Shown piece after piece: positions 41,051-53,455 of a stretch of 64,000 nt of DNA. The stretch is from Lytechinus pictus. Its lineage: Eukaryota. Positions within the stretch are counted from its first letter, which is position 1; each line of letters starts with the position of its first letter. Below the pieces are notes generated by a model that worked only from the letters and a program-made list of their open reading frames with translations, was not told the origin of the DNA and did not search any database. The position numbers and the translations under genes were made by a program. The DNA lies in contig NC_087245.1 in the NCBI RefSeq assembly GCF_037042905.1, positions 33,358,001-33,422,000 on the forward strand. Direction: 5' to 3'.

Positions 41051-41129
41051 TAAGTCATGTGGGCACGAGTTCGAGTCCAAGGGTGAACATGATTTTTGTT
41101 TTCTTTTTTGTTTTACTATCTCGCACATG

Positions 41130-41152
41130 ATCTTTTATAACAATTCCAATTA

Positions 41153-41184
<32 letters not shown>

Positions 41185-42160
41185 TATATCTATCTTGTAT
41201 CTATCTGTTTGATATGTCTGTCTATCTATCCATTTATTTTTCAATCTAATATCTATTTATCTGTTTAAATAATGATGTATGTTTATCTATCCACCTATCT
41301 TTTATTTATCCACCAATCCATCTATCTTTCTATCTATCTTTCTATCTATCTTTCTATCTATCTATCCATCTATCTTTCTATCTATCTTTCTATCTATCTT
41401 TCTATCTATCTATCCATCTATCTTTCGGTCTATCTATTTATCTATCTATCCATCTATTTATCTATCCATCTATCTATATATATGTTATATCTATCTGTTT
41501 GAAAATGTATGCATATCTGTATGTCTATCTTTTTATCTTTCATTCTAATATCTATTGATCTTTTTAAATAATTATGTCTGTTTATTTGTCTGTCTATTTA
41601 TCTAATATCTATCTATCTATAATCTATTTATTAAATTTGTTTAATAAGCTGTTCTATCTTTCTATCTATTTGTCTATCAATAAATATATCAATCTATCTT
41701 TTATCTGTCTGTCTGTCTATCTATATATCTATCTATCCATCTTTCTATTTATCTATCTGTCTATCTATCTATCAGTGTATGTACCTATGTATCTATCTGT
41801 CTCTGAATCTATACAGTGCTTATCAAATATAATATCATAATCACCGTAATCATCATCATATTTGTCATCAATCATGATCTACTGTATCTATCTATCTCAT
41901 GTCTATCTGTCTATCTATCAAATACCTACTTATCTGTTTATATCTCTGTGTCTATCTATCTATCTATTTTCTTATCTATCTATATATCAATACACATCTG
42001 TCTATATTCTATTAATCTATCCACCTATCATTTATCTATTTATCTATCTTTCTTATATGTATCTCTTTAAATATGTATGTCTATCTGTCTGTCTATTTAT
42101 CTTTCAATCTAATATCTACTCATTTGTTTAAATAATAATGTCTGCTTATCTATTTATCTA
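41130..42160. repeat. (TATC)n degenerate microsatellite
   Basis: About 1 kb of TATC/TCTG repeats. Confidence 0.9.
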
Positions 42161-42161
42161 C

Positions 42162-42626
42162 GACAGACCACCTAGTTCGTCCGCATGACGAATTAAAATC
42201 TAGTTTTCTTGTATAATTTTTCTCAAAATCTAGTTATTATTTAATTTCAAAACGTGTAGCATTTATTTAACATACAATGTATATAATGTAGGCCTATCTA
42301 TGTTTCACTTTACTTCTGCCAATTTTCTCTTTAGTACCTTTTCTCCCTCTCTCCATTTATGCCAAATTTTCCTTTACTCTTTCCCTCTCTGCTCTCTCGA
42401 CAGACCACCTAGTTCGTCCGCATGACGGATTAAAATCTAGTGTTCTTGTATTATTTTTCTCAAAATCTAGTTATTATTTAATTTCAAAACGTGTAGTATT
42501 TAAAATACAATGCATATAATGTAGGCCTATCTATGTTTCACTTTACTTCTGCCAATTTTCTCATTAGTACTTTTTCTCCCTCTCTCTATTCATGCCAACT
42601 TTGCCTTTACTCTTTCCCTCTCTGCT
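42162..42626. repeat. ~236-bp tandem duplication spanning an element end and its flank
   Basis: CGACAGACCACCTAGTTCGTCCGCATGACG...CCCTCTCTGCTC occurs twice head-to-tail. Confidence 0.85.
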
Positions 42627-42759
42627 CATTCGCTAATACTTTCCCGCCTTTTTAGGGGTAGCACTAATACCAATTCATGCACCCTTTAGGAATTATTTTG
42701 TACCTTGATGTGCACCACTGCACTTTTATTGTTAGATAGAAAGTCCAATGACATTCTAA

Positions 42760-43313
42760 TACCCTTTTTACACAGGATTTTCTTAACCCCGGACTATCGC
42801 TAACCCCGTACTATCCTTAACCCCGTACTATTTTTTTTCCCTTTTCACACATGCCAAATTGTTATCGCTAACCCCGGATAAGGAATGCTTGCTTTTCACA
42901 CACGAAACTCGCTAACCCCGGACTAGTGGTTTTTGTCGATCATTCGTAGTACAAGTACTTCACTCGTACCTTTATACACACGCTAAAATTTCCTTAACCC
43001 CGTACTATAGGTGGGGCTAAATTGCCATTTAGCCCCACCTATAGTACGGGGTTAAGCTTAGCCCACTTTCGTTTTACACTAGCGATCTTAACCCCGTACT
43101 ATCGCTCTTAGCACCGCAATTGCTGGGATAACCCTGCTTTTTTGCAGGGCCAAATAATCCCGTACTAAAGGTGGGGTTAGCCCACTTTGCAAAAATGCTG
43201 TGTAAAAAGAAAGTGGGCTAAGCTTAACCCCGTACTATAGGTGGGGCTAAATGGCAATTTAGCCCCACCTATAGTACGGGGTTAAGGAAATTTTAGCTTG
43301 TGTAAAAAGGGTA
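42760..43313. mobile_element. Harbinger-type MITE with TAACCCCG arrays and internal hairpins
   Basis: TIR TACCCTTTTTACACA / TGTGTAAAAAGGGTA; TAA/TTA flanks. Confidence 0.85.
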
Positions 43314-44366
43314 TTACTGTTTATTGTTGGATGAGGAAACTTTTCCCTCTAAAAGAAAGTTTGATTTTGAGATATAGAAGTAAGTTTATTAATATACTCT
43401 TATTTTAGTAAAGTGGTTGTTTATATTTTGTTACTATCATACAGAGGCTGTTTCAGTTGTGATTTTATTTTTGTTCAACTGCACTATCAAGCACAAGCAC
43501 CAGACACACAAATCGCCTGTGAATGTGAAGGACACAGGTCTACCCTGAAGAAGAAGAAGATAAAGGAATTCACGAAACCTCAGCCCTCCTGTCTGTATTG
43601 TGCAGTCGTGGCACGAACCCTTTCAATGGTGTCAGGAGTTGGGTCATCAAACAAGAAAAAATTGATTTACAACAATTATAAGATACCAACATACCCCTTA
43701 AATTAGAATGAGGAACATCAAGTCTTCTACCAATCCTGTCAAGAAAATTAATTAGCGAATTCTCTCTTCCACTCTGAGCCCTAGAAGTATGTCAACATAT
43801 GGTTCCACATGAAGTAACTGATTGGTTTACAACATTGAACTAATATACTATCCTGACATCTTTTCATTCCATGAAGCTCCTCTTAAAATTAAAAGTCAAT
43901 TTAAGATGAGAATTAGAAAAGAGTTGAATTATATGAGGAATGATCCCCAACACAACATGCTATTTGGCATTCCACCAACATTAAGTACATAAGATTTAAA
44001 ATTGAAAATAAACCTTTTCATTATTTAATGTTAGGGCAGTACTACATTTACAAATTATGGCTGAATAACAATCTGAATTAGAAAATGAAAAAAATATAAC
44101 ATTTAACATTTTAAGTCACAGCCACTTTAAATAGCATTAGCCCAAGTCCCACACCAAACAGAATTAAATTGTATTTAGCTCCTTACTAAGAATGTATCAA
44201 TTTTTAATCACAGAGTCTTATAGTGCACACCCACTGAATGTTCTGCATCAATTTACAGAATCAATATTCCTACATGTACAAAGGAACATGACTATGGAAC
44301 CATTAAAAGCACTGACCTGTTTTTCAATATAAGATTTTTATTAAAATAATACAACAAAAATATATA

Positions 44367-44620
44367 CAGTTGAGGCCAGAAGTTTACAAACACCCAGGAA
44401 AGTTAAAGAAAAGTTGACACTTGCCAAATATCATAAAATTTACTGTATCTTAAAAAGTATTTGTGCTATCATGACAAATTTGATATCAAACAAATGAGTA
44501 TGTCATGCCCCTTTATCACATTGCTTTGTCATCAGGAGCTGAAAAATATTTAAGTGTCATTACATCCAGTCCTCGCTGGAGTGAGCATGACTTGTGTATA
44601 TTCTGAGGAAATGATAATGT
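44367..44620 (+). mobile_element. Tc1/mariner left-end fragment
   Basis: TA|CAGTTGAGGCCAGAAGTTTACA resembles Tc1-family (Sleeping Beauty-like) termini; no partner TIR found. Confidence 0.5.
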
Positions 44621-46312
44621 CGACTGTTTAATCGAACAAAATATCTTCAGCAGAGAAGGGAAATGGTGATCTGCCCCAAAAGAGCTACCATTCATCTGTA
44701 TACGACAAAAGGCAGAGCAAAGTTTTTGGGTTCTTTTTATCCAAGACTGTTTCAAAAGAGGTCAGTACTCAGAGACCTAGATTATCCAGTTCACTGGGCC
44801 ATGACAAATCACTTTCATCTTCTTTTTTTTTCACTCAAAGTTTACAAATAATTGTCCCTTTTTTATAGTCTCTATTTTAGCCTACTATGTCACTGGCTGT
44901 CTCAAATTCTCCTTCCTCTCTGTTTCTCTCCCCCCTCTCTCTCTCTCCCACCCCCCACTCCTTTCCTTCTTTTCACCCTCCTTTTCTCTGTCTCCTTTAT
45001 CCATCATGTTTCTCAATTTCTCTCTCCATTCTTGCACCTTCTGTCAATCTCTTTTTTTCTCTCATTCAGTTATCACTGATGACATAAAATACACCAATCT
45101 GTGAATGGTCACAATAAGTCAAACCTGTCTTTTTTACCACTGATCTATATAGTGAAAACCTACCATTAGTGGCCATCAAAATTGACTTCTAAATTTGAAG
45201 GAAAAAAATCAAAGCGGACGAGGAGTACTGAGAAGAGACAAAGTGACTGCTTTTACTACATGTTTATCACTTATTATCTGTTGATAAGTTGTATTTTTTC
45301 TAATGTAAACAAATAATGTCTTAGACCAAAAGCTTCGGTCTCTGTTATGTTGGTTGTTCCGCTGAACTCTGTTGGCTCCACTCACCAAATACAGAGACCG
45401 AAGTTCTAGCTCGATCTGTACAGGGGACTCAATGGCCATCGGATAAAACAGGGAAGTGAAGTTGCGCGACAGCCGAAGTAAGTCAATGTTTTTTCCCCTG
45501 TTAAGTTTATTTTTCCCCGTTTTGGTGCATTTCAGGCCAAAATGGAATAATAATCTTTATTTTGGTACAGTTCCCTTTCTATATAGATTTATGAAATAAA
45601 GACAAAAATTGATGAGCCCCTTCGGAGGGATTTTGCATTGTTAAACCCCTAATGGTGGCTGCACGATAGCGAGCCGTCTGTGTACGAGGAGAAATTTAAA
45701 AAAAAATTAAAATGTTTAAAAACTCCTCGAAACAGACGGCTGCCAGCTGTCTAATAATGTCTGTGCTGCTTTATTTATTTTTTATTTTTATTTTCAACTT
45801 AAAAGATTTGTTACACAACAAAATCATGAAAACCCAATTAAAAAATCTGGCCTAATCATGACAATGTAGTCTCAATCTATCATGTCATGTGATGGAAGCT
45901 GTCTAACGTTAGGGTCTAATGTTAGGCCACCTGTCAAGAATCAGTGACAATTTTTTCTGTTTCCTTTGCTTGGTTGGCCTTCAGGTTGGACTGTATTTAA
46001 ACTGGGGAAAGACAGAGAAGGCCTTACTTTTCATTGCCCATGCCGTTGCTTTAGGTGCCGGCAGAAGCAAACCGAGGCAGGTGAAGATCAACTGTGGTAC
46101 GGCACTGGCAGGGCAAGATCACAGCGAAGACCGGAGGAGTTCCGGGGATGTTGCGTTCCACTATATGGAACCCGACATCATCATTGTCTCAAAACCACGT
46201 CGTCACTTCAGATAAAGAGAACCATGCCTTAATCCACTCGCATCATCTGATCACATTGTCATCGACATAAAAATACAACTAACTAAAAGAATATACAGAT
46301 AGACCTACTCAC

Positions 46313-46459
46313 CGTTTCAATTTCGAGAGAGATATCTGAATCCGAATCATAATCTTCCAGGCATGCCAGTCCGAAACTTCCCAGCTGGTCACTCCATTTT
46401 TCGTCCCACTTCCTCGCAAGGTGGTACAGCCTGTGTTCCTTCCCATCCGACCAGCTCAT
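46313..46459 (-). CDS. Probable first coding exon of an unidentified gene extending leftwards (MSWSDGKEHRLYHLARKWDEKWSDQLGSFGLACLEDYDSDSDISLEIET)
   Basis: ATG, 49 open codons, canonical donor ACG|GTGAGT (phase 0); lies in a unique CpG-richer region. Confidence 0.6.
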
Positions 46460-46639
46460 ATTTCAAGCAAACCGATGTCCTAAAAATCCCTGGTATAAAT
46501 CCAAATACTTCGTCCCGATGATGCCAGATGAAATTAAGAAGATCTCCTCACAAACATTCAGATCTCCGATACTGGATAGCAAACATTCACACCTCCGATT
46601 GGATTGGCCCCGGGGTCAACAAAAATAAAATAATTTCAG

Positions 46640-46910
46640 ACACACACACCTGTTTTAAAGTGCAGGTACATTTGCGCGCCGTACATGATTATATACAAAC
46701 TATGCAATTGGCAGAAGTTATTGTGTTCGATATAATTTTTCGATGAATCGATCGGTTATATCGAACGGTTTGTCGTCTGTCGCTCAAAATTTCTTGCTCG
46801 GGCTCGGCCCCGTGTTCGACGAGTTTGACTCAAACGTCGTTTTCTAGCCTGAAATGTCTTCTGCTACTCGACATTGTAAAATATACAACGGCAGATGGCG
46901 CTAAAGCATA
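46640..46910 (-). promoter_or_regulatory. Putative promoter region of the minus-strand gene
   Basis: CpG-enriched; GCAGATGGCGCTA (CTCF/YY1-like) at ~46891-46903. Confidence 0.3.
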
Positions 46911-47399
46911 AATGTGCCCAGTGTCGTATAGATTCATTAGGCAAAACTAGCCCATAACCAATTTGTTGATTGCGAAAGAAACATTAACTGAAACAAAATT
47001 ATATGTCTCAACACTCAACGCTGTAACATATCTAACAACAGATGAAGCTAAAGCATGAATATCAAAGTTATCAATAAAACCAAATATCAATCAATCTTGC
47101 TTGATTTTATTAGAAAAAGAGCTGCAAAGTAGTACGGATTTTCCGTATTCAGTACTGAAAAATGAGAAGAATACTGATTTCTAAGGTTTCTGTTTTATGT
47201 GTTGTTCTATGGTATTTTTTGAAATATTAATTTCCTCACCAAAATACTGATTTTCAGCTTTTATAATACTTCAATTTTCATGTTCAGGTTGGCATATGCT
47301 TTATTGAAAGAGATGGTTGAGGATCAAGGAAAGCGGTGCCCGTGGATGGAACCACGTTCAAAGAAAAATATGACCCTTCATCTCGAACAATATTAGAAC

Positions 47400-47712
47400 A
47401 TGATCATTATATTCATCATTGATATCATCCCACTATCACCACTACCATCATCATCATCATCATCATCATGGCATCATCATCACCATCACCAACATCTACA
47501 TCATCATCATCATCATGACATCATCATCACCATCACCATCATCTATATCATCATCATCATCACCATCATCATGGCATCATCATCACCACCACCACCACCA
47601 CCAACATCATCATCACCATCCTCATTGTTATCACCATCATCATCACCATCCTCATCCTCTTTATCATCATCACCATCCTCCTCCTCCTCATCATCATAAT
47701 CACTGTCATCAT
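47400..47712. repeat. (CAT/CAC)n microsatellite
   Basis: Trinucleotide repeats. Confidence 0.9.
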
Positions 47713-47760
47713 TAGGCCTTTATTCACGAAGGAGCTCTTCTTACCAGAGACAGAACTGTG

Positions 47761-47929
47761 TGTGTATTTGAGTTTTGTCAGACGTGTATCAATCAGATAT
47801 GATTATTTACGTCTGGGACCGACCTTTAACGTTACCATCCGAAAGACGTGACCTCTGCATCGAACCTCTGCATCAATTTGTAACTTCCCCCGCATAGCTT
47901 GGATTACAGGCACACGCCACAACGCCCAG
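47761..47929 (-). mobile_element. SINE with 7SL(SRP)-RNA-like head, copy 2
   Basis: Minus strand CTGGGCGTTGTGGCGTGTGCCTGTAATCCAAGCTATGCGGGGGAAG...; TSD AGACAGAACTGTG at 47748-47760 and 47930-47942. Confidence 0.85.
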
Positions 47930-48247
47930 AGACAGAACTGTGAATATAATTCGATCACTTCTTATAATCCACTGAAAACGTCCATGGACCAATCGCTTTT
48001 GAGCCCACTCTCCCCCTTCCGTTTGCCAGCACATGGAAATGATACGATGAAATACACTTCTCAGTAAAACTTACATTTTAGTTCGATTTATTCCAATATG
48101 CCTGTCTTTTTTTCAATTTGATACCAGTACTGAAAATTTTAGTTCATAAGAAGAATAATTAAAAAAAGAGAGGGTAAAGTAAAGAAAGAATAAGAGTATT
48201 GCAATAAAATTGCATGTTCGTCGAACTCTGAACACTGAAAAAACCGG

Positions 48248-48376
48248 GGGCCCGTAACACAAAGCTTAGCATTGATCGTAGAACATTTTTCTTCGATTTC
48301 ATTGACTATATACAATGTACAATCAATCGTAAAAATCAAGTGTGTGATTAATTACTAACCTTTGTGTTACGGGACC
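48248..48376. mobile_element. Harbinger-type MITE, family A
   Basis: Inverted copy of 2349-2481; CGG/CGG TSD. Confidence 0.8.
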
Positions 48377-51146
48377 CGGGGTGTTAAAAGTGACACCAAT
48401 GGTGTCGAACTTATGCATTAAAAAAACTGACACCGTAGTAAAATGACCGGTGTGGTCATGTAAACAAATGGATACCACATAATGTACAGCATTCTTTTTT
48501 TTGCTCGACTGAGAATTTAAATGACGTCATTCGAGGCCCTCTTTTCCTATGAAAATACCCGTTGCCGCCCCCGCGTTTTGAAAAAACTCTCAACCGGTGC
48601 GACAACGTTCCAACAAAAGCTGTTATCAATATGCCTACATTTATTTATTTTTTATTTATTCATCGTTTCGTTTCAGAAAAGAGGTGGCTTTGTTCAGGAG
48701 TTTACAGATATGGGTAAGTTTAATCAATCCGATATGTATTATGATCATTATTTTATATTAAAAAACTCTCCGTGAAACAAAAGACTTAAAATATCGAATG
48801 TCCATAATAATGCAATGAAAAATATTCGTATTCAAGTTATAAATAATCATTTGCACATTAAACTACGACACAAGTCATCAATTCGTTGACTAATGAAAAT
48901 CTTTTGATTTGGTTTGGTAGGTTCTATTTACCGTATAACTACAAAACGCATGACACCGTGGTCATTTTAGGGAACTATAATGAAATATGTTGAGAGAAGA
49001 GATATGGATGGATCACTCTATTCAGAGCAATATAACAATTTAAAATATGCACAATCGTACTTGACCTCATTACCATTTGGAATGTGTTATATATTTGAAT
49101 CTGATATATGTCTGTGTTAAATGAATATGATTAATGTTAACGTATTTTATGATTGTGATTGACCTGCCATGCGTTCAAAATAGAACCATGGACCTAATAT
49201 ACTGTTGTGCTGAAAGTTAGTGAACCCCACCACAGGTTCCATGAGCCTAATTACAACAGGAGGGCTGAAGATATTCGTCCGACCCAACTCATTCGATTTT
49301 TTTTCAATTTGATATTGCTGATTGCCAAAAGTGTATGAATATAATTGAAAATCTAACACTGATTCTAGAAATGGTAACTATTGAACTTCCTTAGCCCAAA
49401 TTGGAAAGATATAAAATGACTTTGGAACTATTTTTTGGCTGGCGGAAGAATTGGGACTATTTTACTGTTTCAGTTTATAAATTTGATCCCATCATAGTTA
49501 TCTTCATAAATGGCGATTTATTTTTAAAATGAGCTGGCTACGATACCCTTCTCTGGTCAGATATGGAATGTCAGATATATATCCTATCGAATGGTAGTAA
49601 ACATTCGACCCTCTAATTTCACGTTTATTTGTTATGAATTTTACAAAAGTGCCATTTTAACACACAAGTCTATGGGGGAATGTTTTACGCGCGTGACACC
49701 CACAAAATCATAGAGTTATATAAAATGCACTCCTTCATCATGTTCATGCTGAGTGTTAAATGTAGACAACAACACGACAATGTCGGGCGAGCCCAGAGGA
49801 ACAAACGCTATTGAATATATTATTTTATCACCTGACTTCACAATCAATTACAATGACATGGCAGAACTTGAACACTTTTAAATATGTTCATTTTCTGGTG
49901 GGGGTTCACTAACTTTTTAGCACCACTGTATGTCAACATGTACTTGAACTCAATAAAGACATGATTTCAATGAACTAAATTTCCCAGAGATGTGTAAACA
50001 TAACGCATTATGCAACACTAATCCAATAATATGCCAACTATATGCTTGTAGAATGATTTTTCTATAACTATACTGTACACTATTCATACAGTTTTAAATG
50101 GTTGGTCAATGATTTAGCCAATCCATATCCAACATTGGTGCGTTTGCTGCCGATAAAATATTTGGGTAGTCACTGCCATAACTGTCTTTGCACTTGAGTT
50201 GCCTATCTCTGGGTGTGAAGATTGCCCAACATGAGTTGTTGTTTCTCATTGACAATATTTAACACACATTAATAGGCCTAGACAATGAACAATTTATGTG
50301 CTTAAGTTTGCCCAAAAAGATGAAGGACTCAGTAAAAACCACTATCGAATGTTATACTATGCAACTAATGTGTGTGAATTGTCCCGTAGTTGTTTAACAA
50401 ATTACAAAAAAGTGTTTGTTTTTTTATCTTAAACAACAAATTTTTTTTTTTTATGTAATCTTAAAAAAATCAACAACTTCTGTAAAGTTCATCATTGTAC
50501 ATTATAAAGTATCGAACGGCGTTTTTATTGTGCAACCCAGGCCTGGAAAGCATATTTATCGGACGTACAGGTATATTTTGCAAATATCAATGTGACCAAA
50601 CTTTTGTTAAGGGTATTACAAAATATCTTGTCAGCATTTATATAACTCGAATTGGATATGATCTTGACGATTGTTTTATGCCAAAATTCTAATTAAAAGT
50701 GTTGTATACATGGGCAACACAATTTTGGTTAGAATTTTGGCCTTACTGTGTTGGCCAGGAACAGAAGGGTTGCAATACGCGTCCAAGTAAGTACAATGTT
50801 TTGAGAAATTTATCATTCTAAAAAAAATAAAGAATAAAAAATAAGGGGCCAATAATTCAGGTGAATTAAAAACAAAAAGTGCAAAATAGACACAACCTTA
50901 GCTATCTACAGATTAAGGAGCGTATACACTTAGATACTTCCAAAACGTCGGCAGTATTTTCATCTTGTAACCTGGCGGATCAAACTTTGAAAGATGTGCG
51001 TTGATATGTGTGTTTTTTTTTTTTTCCGTTTTATTTCAGCAGGGTGTGTTCGTTCCGTGTGTTTTGTGTATGCAAAAGTGATGGTGCTGGGGTAAGGTGA
51101 AGGTGTGTGTCTGTGTGCGTGTTGATGTGGGTGAAATTGTATTATA

Positions 51147-51367
51147 CACTGCAAAAGCTCTGGTGTTAATTTAACACCAGCCCGGAATCTATATATGTCC
51201 ACACCAGTTTCGTTTTGGTCTAACACCAGAAAGGTGTTCATACAACACCAATTAGTATTAAAACAGCATCGGTTTGATTCCAAACTGGTGTTGTTTCAAT
51301 ACTTCTCTGGTGTATACATATATAGATTCCGGGCTGGTGTTAAATCAACACCGGAGTATTTGTAGTG
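51147..51367. mobile_element. TA-flanked CACT MITE, same family as 7640-7891
   Basis: Same TIRs; small internal deletion. Confidence 0.85.
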
Positions 51368-51407
51368 TACTTGGCTTGTAATGCAGTAACTCGTGTTACA
51401 TCAACAG

Positions 51408-51605
51408 GTGAATCGGGAAACAACTTGAGATTAAGGAAGAAGCGTTGGGTCATTCTCTTCGGTTTGTTCTTTGTGTCTTTTTTGGAAAATGGCATCATCA
51501 GATCCATTGCCCTCATCCTGGACGATCTCACTAAGGAGTTTGACATCACTGCCGCCCACCTTGGCACTCTTCTTGGACTTGTATTCGGTGCACCTCACTA
51601 TCTGG
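51408..51605 (+). CDS. SLC16/monocarboxylate-transporter-like MFS protein, first recognisable coding exon (TM1-2)
   Basis: RWVILFGLFFVSFLENGIIRSIALILDDLTKEF; CAG acceptor; G|GTAAGT phase-1 donor; start codon not identified. Confidence 0.8.
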
Positions 51606-52079
51606 GTAAGTCAATTTAAAAATACATTAGCAAAGTATTTTTTCAAATAATGAAAGTAGCAAGTTTTAGCCACACCTAATCAATTTTCCGGTCCCGCTGA
51701 AACGTAGGCCCCATGTAGGACCCTTTAAAAATGGGTGGCCGTGCTGGTCAAACTATCACCATCAGGGTTGGCGCATACGCCTATATAGGTTACACACTTT
51801 ATAAGAAATAGGGTTCCAAATTTAACCCTGTGGATTGGTAAAATAACAGCTCTCTTCAATGGTTGGTTATGCGCATATATTTATTCCTAATTAATTACAA
51901 AACAAAACAAAAATTTCAAGGTCATGTACTTTAAATATATACAAAGGCGAAACCAAGGTTAAGTAGCACGAAGCAAAGCGAAGTGATCGAACGAATGATT
52001 ACACATGATAGCATGCAATCACTGTACAAACATTGCCCTACTATCAATTCCTAGTATGTTCATATTTGATTCCTAGTAT

Positions 52080-52612
52080 GTTTATATTTTCATATTTACT
52101 ATCTAGATATTGGACTTCACCTGCTTAACTATTTTATACTCTGACATTTTTGTCAACATTATAGACTTTAGACCTGTATAAATTGTCTTTAGTTTCGAAA
52201 ACATTGCAAACTTAATTTACATATATATATATCATCTCCGTATGTTTATCTTTTTTTGCACCTTTCTTAATTTAACGAGCTATGTTTCTCGCTCTTCCGT
52301 TTCCCCTTGGTTTAAATCAGAATTTTATCTGCTGTGTGTTACTGCTCTTCTTCCACTCTTTTCTGTCCTTCATATTTCCCCTCACCCTTCCTTATCTACA
52401 TCACCCCCTATAATCTTCTTTCTCCTCTTATCTATACTCTGTTCATCTTTCCCTTAATATGCAAGGTTACTCAATGTGTTTGTCGTTTTATTTGTAAATG
52501 TTGTAATGTTTGATTTGCTATATCATTTGATAATTGCCATACTTTGTAAATCCAATGCAATTCAGCCAAATTGGCTGCGATATGTGGATATTTCAATAAA
52601 ACCTTAAACCAA
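52080..52612 (+). mobile_element. Degraded LINE 3' end in the MCT intron
   Basis: Stem-loop CAGCCAAATTGGCTG followed by AATAAA and a short repeat tail. Confidence 0.4.
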
Positions 52613-53455
52613 TCGCTAAACATGTAATGCCTACAATTAATTTGTCACACATAGTGATCTATCACTCATCACTCTACAAATTTAAATGATAAATCAGCAA
52701 TTGAACGATTTAGTCCAGTAGAACCTCAACATGACTGTCAAGTTGGGTATATATGCAATTTTTTTTGCCTAAAGTGGTAGTATAGGATGTCTTTTTCAAG
52801 AATGCGCAGGGTGCCACCTGGGCACCATTGGGCATTTTTTTATATTAACGTCATAAGCCACGCCCACTTTTTCACATTCCTCTCAATTATGATTTTTCTA
52901 TTTTACATAATAAACATATCATGTTTGGTATCAAATTAAAGCTAATGAAAAATCAAATTCTAATATATATCATAATTTCTACCCGACTTGTTAGAGGAGT
53001 GACAACCTCTTCTAAAAGTTGTATATACCACTTTAAATGGTTCAACGCAACACTTAAACTGAGGGATTCAGCGTTATGCAAGGTTGGGTATAAGATACGG
53101 AAAAGGTTCTCACTCCTCCAGCCTTCCTATTGCTGATTTAACGTTTCACTTTTTAGTGTGAGAGAATGAATAGATAGTTGATGTTAAGTGTACTATAACA
53201 AACACGATTATAATTGATTAAGTAAATTACTTACTATGATTCAAAATTAAATATTGCGCAGTAGGCATGGTAGACCTATTAGTTTTCCATGATTAGCAAG
53301 AACCAGATAGTCAGGAGAACTAGGGTGAAGGATATTTGAAAATGTTGAATACCATATATTTTTTTAATGGGGGGGGGGGGCATGGACTTTCCGTTGTCCG
53401 ATTTGCAAAGAATACAAAAAATAATAATCATTATAAAGCCATCTATCAGAAATGA

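Larger units (their letters stand above)
38368..42205 (-). mobile_element. Large composite HINE-like element with nested insertions
   Basis: GTGGTCTGTC hairpin at the left; matching GACAGACCAC..CTAGTT at the right; T-rich flanks; internal microsatellite. Confidence 0.5.

Noticed and set aside
41272..42131. YLSI-repeat ORFs
   Set aside because: (TATC)n microsatellite
46028..46041. Micro first exon ATG GGC AAT GAA AA|GTAAGG (MGNE, myristoylation-like) on the minus strand
   Set aside because: Too short to support, and phase 2 conflicts with the phase-0 exon at 46313
46313..46459. Assigning a gene name to this exon
   Set aside because: No recognisable domain in 49 aa; a database search is needed
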